DNA from: Saccharolobus solfataricus
GTDB lineage: Archaea > Thermoproteota > Thermoprotei_A > Sulfolobales > Sulfolobaceae
NCBI RefSeq assembly: GCF_900079115.1
Contig: NZ_LT549890.1
Span: 930,001-962,000, forward strand
Direction: 5' to 3'
DNA length: 32,000 bases
Shown: positions 25,866 to 32,000 of the stretch, one piece after another
How positions within the stretch are numbered: the stretch's first letter is position 1
Layout: every line of letters starts with the position of its first letter
Translations under genes and position numbers: made by a program
The notes under the pieces: model-generated
What the model was told of the DNA's origin: nothing
Seen by the model: the letters and a program-made list of their open reading frames with translations, nothing else
Databases searched by the model: none

Positions 25866-28369
25866 GGAATAGGTTGATAATTATCTTATTGTTACTTTCA
25901 TTAACTCTCCCAATAATTCCAGTAAACTCACAGAGTACTGTTGTCATATCCAGTTGGGGGTGGGGAACACCACAAAATCCAATAAGGGTACATCCGGGTT
26001 ATAATGATACGCCATTTTATGTTATAGCCTCACAGCCATTGGGATACCAGATTATTTACGCATATTTGGTTCTATCAGGAACGCCAATAACATCTGAAGG
26101 AGGAAATACCATAGCTTATGGTTCAGTGACCTCATCGTCCTTAACAACTTCTCAAATAATGTTCTTCCTCGATGTAAGTAATAACGCTAAACCGGGGACA
26201 TATAATGTACCACTAGTAGTAGTATATCAGAACGCAGTCACTGGTTTGGAAAACCAAATAGTTCAAGAGATAACTATACCCATTTATAATGTAACCTTTC
26301 CAATTTTAGATCAAGTATTTTGGGGAACTACAGAACAATTAATATTTGCTCAAGTAGGAGAAGGCTTAATACCTCTTACCTTTAGCGTTTTTAATCCCAC
26401 GACGGAACCCATGTTAAACGTAACCTTAAACGTAGTCTTACCCAAGGGAATATTTACCCAAAGTGGTAGTAGAGATTTAACAGTTACAATTCCAGCCTTA
26501 CCTGCTGGAGAACCAATATTCGTATCTTCAATAGTAAATGTAAGTAACCTTGTTAAACCGGGAGTGTATAGTCTTAATTATTCCTTTTCATTTACGAACT
26601 TTCTAGAATATTTCTACAAGCAAGAATCAAATAAAAGTATAAATATAACAATATATCCTCAAGCCAAGATTAACATTTTTTCCGATCCCATCCAGTCAAC
26701 TCCAGATAATATAACTACACTCGTAATAGGAATTTCAACTAACGTTAGTAGCTTTATAATTAGTGTAAAGCCAGAATTGCCCTCAAGCTTCCTACCAATA
26801 TCCTCAAACTTTACGTCTACTTCTCTATCACCGGGAGAAAAAGTAATATATGCTTTCAAGATTTACATACCTCAAGGGGTAATACCCTCAATATACCCTA
26901 TACCAATAGAGGTTAATTACAGTGCATTGGACCAAAAGCTAGCAGTAGTTTATCTAACATATGCAAATATCTACTATAATGAAACTCCTAGGGTAGTTGA
27001 GGCAATTTGGAATACTACGATAACTCCATTTCCAGGGATAGGGACAATCCCCTTAACATTGGTTATCTATAATCCATTACCAATACCAATAACTGGTGTT
27101 AATATTACATACAAATTTCCTAATGGTGTATTTCCTTTACAGCCATTCATTTTTTTACCTGGAATTCCTCAGTATTCTTCTGTACCAATAACTATCCCAG
27201 TGGAAATAACGCCAAATGCCTCAGTAGGCGTACTCAATTTCACTTATAAGATTTCTTACAATCAAGATAAAACTGTTGATGGCGTAAATAATATTTATGT
27301 TTTGCCCCCTGCTCCAGTGATAATTGAGGCTAATCAAACAGTGATAGGCAATGGAGAGTATGCGGTAGTTCCAATTAATGTTGTGAACCTTGGAGTGGAA
27401 TATGTTTATAACGTAAATCTAATAACCCTCACACAAGGCTTAGAGATAATTACATCTGTAAATAATACGGTTCCCTTTATAAAGCCCAACTCATCAGCAA
27501 CATTTTATTATACATTATACGCTCCACAAGATTTACCACCAGCTATGTATCCGCTAGTAATTAAATTGACATATACCTATTTTACCAATGAAATAGTGAG
27601 GACGTTTACAATTCCAGTTCTAGTAACTTCGTCACAATCACCAATACTTATATCATTCCTTAAAACCACGCTTTATTATAACACAAACAACACCGAGATC
27701 TTAGCAATTCAAAACCTAGCTAACTTTACGATATATAACATAAGGCTTGACTTAAATTACCCCTCACAAGAAATTTACCTCTCACAAAACCAGCTTTACA
27801 TTCCATATCTTCCTTCTCACTTAATTTATACTGTCCCATTATATGTTATACCACAAATTCCACAAACAACGTCAATACCTATCGTAGTTACCCTCAACTA
27901 CGTATTAGGCCAAGGTTCTCCACAGACCTATCAATATCAATTAAACTTACTCAGCACGGGATTCGTTAAAATGGAGATAACGCAAGTTTCCGCACAGATT
28001 GTAAATGATACAGTGGTAATTAGCGGGTTATTAATAAATACTGGATCACAAAATGCACAATATGTAACAATATCCGCTAATAACTATTCCTCAATTTATA
28101 TTGGAAACGTACCCCCAAATAGTCCAACACCGTTCTCTTTTACTTTAACGTTGCCTCCGGGTTTATACAAGTTCAATATTAGTGTAAACTACGAAAATGA
28201 GTTATATCAACCTAATATGACATTTTATACATTTTCTTACGTTGTATCTTATCCAACGTCAACCAGTTCTCAAGGTAAAATATCAGCAACAACAATATTA
28301 TTGATAGCGATGATAGTAATTCTCATAACTATTATAATATATTTGAGTCTTAGAGGGTTACGCAAATGA
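25862..28369 (+). CDS. Large secreted, C-terminally membrane-anchored multi-repeat surface protein (CARDB/COG1361-like beta-sandwich repeats)
   Basis: 835 aa. Signal peptide MRNRLIIILLLLSLTLPIIPVNSQS. C-terminal S/T linker plus TM plus basic tail (SYPTSTSSQGKISATTILLIAMIVILITIIIYLSLRGLRK). There are at least five spaced repeats of the pattern 'strand-N-x-hydrophobic/G-...-NVxL': FSVFNPTTEPMLNVTLNVVLPKG, LTLVIYNPLPIPITGVNITYKFPNG, VPINVVNLGVEYVYNVNLITLTQG, ILAIQNLANFTIYNIRLDLNYPS, ISGLLINTGSQNAQYVTISANN. Many N-x-S/T sequons. ATGA overlaps at both ends. Confidence 0.7.
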   Translation: MRNRLIIILLLLSLTLPIIPVNSQSTVVISSWGWGTPQNPIRVHPGYNDTPFYVIASQPLGYQIIYAYLVLSGTPITSEGGNTIAYGSVTSSSLTTSQIMFFLDVSNNAKPGTYNVPLVVVYQNAVTGLENQIVQEITIPIYNVTFPILDQVFWGTTEQLIFAQVGEGLIPLTFSVFNPTTEPMLNVTLNVVLPKGIFTQSGSRDLTVTIPALPAGEPIFVSSIVNVSNLVKPGVYSLNYSFSFTNFLEYFYKQESNKSINITIYPQAKINIFSDPIQSTPDNITTLVIGISTNVSSFIISVKPELPSSFLPISSNFTSTSLSPGEKVIYAFKIYIPQGVIPSIYPIPIEVNYSALDQKLAVVYLTYANIYYNETPRVVEAIWNTTITPFPGIGTIPLTLVIYNPLPIPITGVNITYKFPNGVFPLQPFIFLPGIPQYSSVPITIPVEITPNASVGVLNFTYKISYNQDKTVDGVNNIYVLPPAPVIIEANQTVIGNGEYAVVPINVVNLGVEYVYNVNLITLTQGLEIITSVNNTVPFIKPNSSATFYYTLYAPQDLPPAMYPLVIKLTYTYFTNEIVRTFTIPVLVTSSQSPILISFLKTTLYYNTNNTEILAIQNLANFTIYNIRLDLNYPSQEIYLSQNQLYIPYLPSHLIYTVPLYVIPQIPQTTSIPIVVTLNYVLGQGSPQTYQYQLNLLSTGFVKMEITQVSAQIVNDTVVISGLLINTGSQNAQYVTISANNYSSIYIGNVPPNSPTPFSFTLTLPPGLYKFNISVNYENELYQPNMTFYTFSYVVSYPTSTSSQGKISATTILLIAMIVILITIIIYLSLRGLRK

Positions 28370-29562
28370 AGATACTGGATTTTATATCTTATGCTTTAAA
28401 CTCACTAAAAGAAAGAAAGGTTAGGGCAATACTTACTATCCTTGGGATAGTTGTCGGACCTGCTACAATAATTTCTATAAACTCCATGGTATTGGGCTAC
28501 TCACACACAATAATTTCGCAAATATCCAACTTTCTCTCACCCTATGATATTATCGTGACCCCCACTGGAAGGGGTCTGCCATTATCCCAATACCTCATAC
28601 TCCAACTGGAGACTATCCTTGGAGTAAAAATGGTTATTCCATTCTATTCATTTCCGGCGTTAATTAGAACACCTAATGGCTATGAAGGGGCAACAGTATT
28701 TGCGGTTAATATAAACCAGCTTAAGATAGCAGCTCCAGCTATAAGCTTATCATCAGGTTACTTTCCAGCTGCGGAGGTTAGCTATGAAGCTTCAATAGGC
28801 TATCAGTTGGGAAATCCGCAAGGTGGATATAGTCCAATAAGACCAAATCAAGTGATACAAACAATTATATTCTATAACGGGAATAATTTCACTAAGACAT
28901 TTCTAGTAACTGGAGTTTTGAACGAATATGGAAGTTTTCTCGGAGTTGATATAGATAAGTCAATAATAGTACCTTTATCTTTTGGTCAGTCAATCTCAAG
29001 TTCTTATAGTGGAGCCATAATAATAGTGAGCTCTCTAGGAGAAGTGAATGAAGTTGTAAATGAAATAAAACAAAAGTTTGGAAATTCTTTAGATATTGTA
29101 GTGGCGGAGGAATTTATACAATTAATAGATAATACTTTACAATCTCTTAACGGATTGCTAGTATCTGCAGGAGCTACGTCATTCATAGTTTCGTTTATGG
29201 GAGTAACTACAACAATGTTCACAACAGTGGTGGAAAGAACTAAGGAGATAGGGATATTAAGAGCATTAGGATTTACTAGGTTTGATGTACTCACAATGTT
29301 TTTAGTTGAAGCTAGTGTGATGGGGTTCATAGGTAGTATAACAGGGCTCGCATTAGGTTCAGTAGTTGCATTAATATTAACACAAGAACATTTCGGATTG
29401 GGATTTAGTTTTCTAAAGGGTCTTTCAGTATCACCGGTCTATTCTCCTACCTTTATGTTGTTAGTGCTAATATTTTCTACAATTCTAAGCGTCATTGCAG
29501 CACTAGGACCTGCTTACAATGCATCCAAACTAGATCCAAATAAAGCTTTAAGATACGAGTAG
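28366..29562 (+). CDS. ABC transporter permease, FtsX/MacB-type (4 TM plus large extracytoplasmic domain)
   Basis: 398 aa. An N-terminal TM is followed by an extracytoplasmic domain of about 230 aa. The C-terminal FtsX module follows: ERTKEIGILRALGFTRFDVLTMFLVEASVMGFIGSITGL...PAYNASKLDPNKALRYE. Confidence 0.85.
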   Translation: MKILDFISYALNSLKERKVRAILTILGIVVGPATIISINSMVLGYSHTIISQISNFLSPYDIIVTPTGRGLPLSQYLILQLETILGVKMVIPFYSFPALIRTPNGYEGATVFAVNINQLKIAAPAISLSSGYFPAAEVSYEASIGYQLGNPQGGYSPIRPNQVIQTIIFYNGNNFTKTFLVTGVLNEYGSFLGVDIDKSIIVPLSFGQSISSSYSGAIIIVSSLGEVNEVVNEIKQKFGNSLDIVVAEEFIQLIDNTLQSLNGLLVSAGATSFIVSFMGVTTTMFTTVVERTKEIGILRALGFTRFDVLTMFLVEASVMGFIGSITGLALGSVVALILTQEHFGLGFSFLKGLSVSPVYSPTFMLLVLIFSTILSVIAALGPAYNASKLDPNKALRYE

Positions 29563-30027
29563 TTAGGAAAAAAGCTTACTAAAGAGTCTCTCCAGTTCTC
29601 TTATTTCATCTTCTGACAATTTGCTTAGAAAAGAAGATAAGACATTTAAGAAGATCTTCCTACTTTCCATTAATCGTTCTCTTCCTTTTTCTGTGAGTTC
29701 AACATAAATTACCCTTCTATCACTTTCACTTCTTACCCTTCTAACAAGTTCTTTCTCTTCAAGTCTATCAATGATGCTAGTTAATCCCGCCTTTGTCAGC
29801 ATATATTTTTCAGCTATTCTGCTCATTGGAACTTTTCCTTCTTCCTCTAGCGCACACATTACTTTGAACTCAAAGTATGATAGGCCTATTTGCTCAAGAG
29901 CCTTATCTGTATCCTTATTTATCTTTCTTGTCAGTCCAGTTATTAGATCCCAAACTTCTGAGTACTTTGTAGCTAATATCATAGTTAGATATCTAACTTT
30001 ATAAACAATAAAGTTTTTCATCATCAC
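29563..30027 (-). CDS. MarR-family transcriptional regulator (the true start is possibly the ATG at 29982)
   Basis: LSYFEFKVMCALEEEGKVPMSRIAEKYMLTKAGLTSIIDRLEEKELVRRVRSESDRRVIYVELTEKG is a textbook MarR wHTH with the DRR wing. Confidence 0.8.
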   Translation of the reverse strand: MMMKNFIVYKVRYLTMILATKYSEVWDLITGLTRKINKDTDKALEQIGLSYFEFKVMCALEEEGKVPMSRIAEKYMLTKAGLTSIIDRLEEKELVRRVRSESDRRVIYVELTEKGRERLMESRKIFLNVLSSFLSKLSEDEIRELERLFSKLFS

Positions 30028-30084
30028 AAAAACTCACAAAATCCTATCTAAAAGGAAATATTTATATTACGTCTTCATTCTCTC

Positions 30085-30100
30085 TTCTCGTAAACGAGAA
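30085..30100. promoter_or_regulatory. 6-4-6 inverted repeat TTCTCG-TAAA-CGAGAA between the divergent MarR and CoA-transferase genes (candidate operator)
   Basis: Perfect 6-bp arms. It lies about 60 nt upstream of the MarR ORF start and about 63 nt upstream of the CoA-transferase ATG. MarR dimers typically bind such palindromes in their own divergent intergenic region. Confidence 0.3.
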
Positions 30101-30127
30101 TTATATCCTAATTTTGAGTGGAGGAGG

Positions 30128-30140
30128 TATTTATATATAT
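30128..30140 (+). promoter_or_regulatory. TATA-like box for the CoA-transferase subunit A gene
   Basis: TATTTATATATAT is centred about 29 nt upstream of the ATG at 30163. Confidence 0.35.
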
Positions 30141-30162
30141 CTTTTTTGTAGAGATTATAAAT

Positions 30163-30924
30163 ATGGAAAGTAAACTTTTGAGTCTGGAAGAAGCAGTGGA
30201 AGTAGTGAAGAAAGGAGATTCTGTTACAATAAGTGGTATAAGCATACATAGAAATCCTATGGCATTTATATATGCTTTGGTGAAGAAGGGAGTTAGAGAT
30301 CTGTATTTCATAGATAGAGAGCCTGGCTTTGGTCTTGAGGTCCTATTAAAATATGGATTGATAAGGAAATTGAGAATAGCCATGTCTACTTTAGAATGGT
30401 TCTCGAGTATTCCAAAGCATTTTAGGAAAATGACCGAAGAAAGAGAGGTTGAAATATTGGAAGATACTTGTGGTGCTTTTATTGCTGGGATAAGAGCAGG
30501 GAGCTTCGGTATACCGTTTATGCCGGTTAGGGGAATAATAGGGTCTGATCTAGTTAAAATTCATGAAAGAGAAGGTACATGGAAAGTTGTCGAGGATCCA
30601 TTTAGTGGAGAGAAAGTTGTACTCGTAAAGGCTATCAACCCAGATGTTGCAATAATACATGTAAATAAGGCTGATGAAGAGGGAAATGCGGAAATCCTAG
30701 GTCCACTATATGAAGATGAGTACAAGGCTAAAGCAGCCAAAAAGGTGATAATAACTGCCGAAGAGATAGTTCCTAGATCTTACTTCTATGGTAGGAGACC
30801 GACTATTAATGGAGAATACGTTACTGCTGTGGTTCACGCACCAAAGGGTGCAGAGCCGACTAGTATGTTCCCACTTTATGATGCAGATTACGAGAAAATT
30901 ATAGAGTTTCTAGAGCACTTCTAA
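30163..30924 (+). CDS. CoA-transferase, subunit A (glutaconate/3-oxoacid CoA-transferase family I)
   Basis: MESKLLSLEEAVEVVKKGDSVTISGISIHRNPMAFIYALVKKGVRDLYFI... is the typical subunit-A N-terminus. I prefer the ATG at 30163 to the track start at 30118 because of the TATA spacing and because the extra residues are non-homologous. Confidence 0.75.
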   Translation: MESKLLSLEEAVEVVKKGDSVTISGISIHRNPMAFIYALVKKGVRDLYFIDREPGFGLEVLLKYGLIRKLRIAMSTLEWFSSIPKHFRKMTEEREVEILEDTCGAFIAGIRAGSFGIPFMPVRGIIGSDLVKIHEREGTWKVVEDPFSGEKVVLVKAINPDVAIIHVNKADEEGNAEILGPLYEDEYKAKAAKKVIITAEEIVPRSYFYGRRPTINGEYVTAVVHAPKGAEPTSMFPLYDADYEKIIEFLEHF

Positions 30925-31636
30925 GGTTATAAGGATCCATATAATTAATGAATCTCAAATCTTCATCAGTTAGATCTATTAACCTTTCGCTATCTTTTCT
31001 CTTTACCTCAAAGTCAGTATTCTCCACTACTTTCTCATATGAGCTAAATGGATAGATTGCCTCTAAGTACCATTTCCTTTCCTCTCTATTATATGCTAAA
31101 ACTCCCAAATTAGTCACCACAAATACTTTATTATTTGAAAACTTTGCTGTTCCAGTTATGAAGTCCACCCTTCTGACAAGAGATCTTTTAGAGTGTTTTA
31201 GGTTCCATAAGATTGCCTTTCTAGAAAGAGGTAGGATAAATGCTGTAGCTGCTCCACCTGGTAATTTAACTTTAGGATTATGGTATTCATTTCCAATCAT
31301 AGTTAAATTTACATTAGTTTCCTCGTCTATTTGTGCTGGACCTAAGAACATGACATCTAGTTTACCTTTCTGTGCGAGGTCGAATGCGTCAGCAGTAATC
31401 ATAACTGGAGAGGCTTCCACAAAGAATGGGTTCCCTGTAGATGGCGATAATACTACTCTTGATGGATTTGAGGCTTCTGCTACTCCTATTATTCTTATCT
31501 TTTTTCTGTAAAGGTCTCTGGCCATGAAAGACGCAATTAGTGAAGGTATTGAGTTCAGGCCAATATAGACTAATTCTCCATCTTCTAATAATGTCGAAAT
31601 AGCCTTTATGACATAATCTACATTGTAACTTTTCAT
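30899..31636 (-). CDS. CoA-transferase, subunit B (family I)
   Basis: 245 aa. VIKAISTLLEDGELVYIGLNSIPSLIASFMA... and ...LPGGAATAFILP... are in the order expected for GctB/AtoA-like beta subunits. It is convergent with subunit A and overlaps it by 26 nt. Confidence 0.75.
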   Translation of the reverse strand: MKSYNVDYVIKAISTLLEDGELVYIGLNSIPSLIASFMARDLYRKKIRIIGVAEASNPSRVVLSPSTGNPFFVEASPVMITADAFDLAQKGKLDVMFLGPAQIDEETNVNLTMIGNEYHNPKVKLPGGAATAFILPLSRKAILWNLKHSKRSLVRRVDFITGTAKFSNNKVFVVTNLGVLAYNREERKWYLEAIYPFSSYEKVVENTDFEVKRKDSERLIDLTDEDLRFINYMDPYNLRSALETL

Positions 31637-31671
31637 GAATAATTTTAAGTTTTTACGCGTTATTAAAGATA

Positions 31672-31992
31672 TTGATGGTAAAGGTTTACAAGATAGGTGA
31701 TTATTACATAGCTGGTGTAGAGCACGTAATTCAAGGATATTTACAAGATGTTGTTTTCGTTTATAAGAACAATAATAATTGGGTTAGTGTTAGCGCGGAA
31801 AGATTTAGGAGCAATGACCCTTCTATTAACAAGGTGAAAGAAGCGGTAAAGTATGCTACTCATGAGGAAGATCTAAAAAAGGCGATAGAGGAGTTACGAA
31901 GCAGTGGTATTAAGATAGAAGAAGTTAAGGAAATCCCGTTCCCCAGAAAGTTTATTGAAGGGAGGAAGAAGATTCAAGAAGAGTTTGATTGA
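31672..31992 (+). CDS. Hypothetical small protein (106 aa; TTG at 31672 or ATG at 31675)
   Basis: ORF only. The C-terminal half is charged. No family recognised. Confidence 0.4.
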   Translation: MMVKVYKIGDYYIAGVEHVIQGYLQDVVFVYKNNNNWVSVSAERFRSNDPSINKVKEAVKYATHEEDLKKAIEELRSSGIKIEEVKEIPFPRKFIEGRKKIQEEFD

Positions 31993-32000
31993 TATAAAAA

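Noticed and set aside
30118-30162. The upstream start at 30118 for the CoA-transferase subunit A ORF.
   Set aside because: The extra 15 residues (MEEVFIYIFFVEIIN) are encoded by the TATA-like promoter sequence itself. The ATG at 30163 gives the family-typical N-terminus.
22105-31511. Antisense ORFs 22105-22293, 22836-23021, 24371-24574, 25475-25744, 26659-26859, 29004-29330, 29771-30004, 30067-30249, 30108-30383 and 31158-31511.
   Set aside because: Each is embedded opposite a confidently assigned gene or in its promoter region. None has a recognisable motif.

Overview
By gene content and style this is an AT-rich crenarchaeal chromosomal window of Sulfolobus/Saccharolobus type. The pointers are leaderless-looking genes with TATA-like boxes about 25-30 nt upstream, an intron-containing tRNA, a C/D box sRNA and ISC-type insertion sequences. 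Most of it is compact housekeeping DNA: a partial aglB, amt, lplA-gcvH, purE-purK, a PfpI/DJ-1 protease, an APC permease, fumC, a DsbA-like protein, a CBS protein, a MacB-type ABC operon, a MarR regulator and two CoA-transferase subunits.

Two regions are not ordinary.

(1) 17.3-21.7 kb is an insertion-sequence graveyard. It holds a frameshifted IS110-family element and a second, diverged IS110-family element. The second element is cut within one codon junction by an IS607-family element of about 1.9 kb that appears intact. That element carries a serine-recombinase tnpA, tnpB and a GC-rich 3' end of the kind that encodes the TnpB guide (omega) RNA.

(2) 5.15-6.3 kb is an unusually long non-coding stretch. 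It contains tRNA-Ala, a canonical C/D box sRNA starting 6 nt after the tRNA, a 190-nt GC-rich multi-hairpin island of unknown identity, and an orphan relic of a tnpB 3' end/right end.

Reading by eye, relics of that same tnpB-3'/right-end segment recur next to both IS110-type elements. I consider this association, and the possible IS-derived RNAs (omega RNA, orphan omega-like relics, a structured IS110 5' leader), the most interesting part of the window.

I found no CRISPR array, no rRNA and no recognisable defence operon. All homology statements rest on motif recognition and by-eye alignment, not on database searches.
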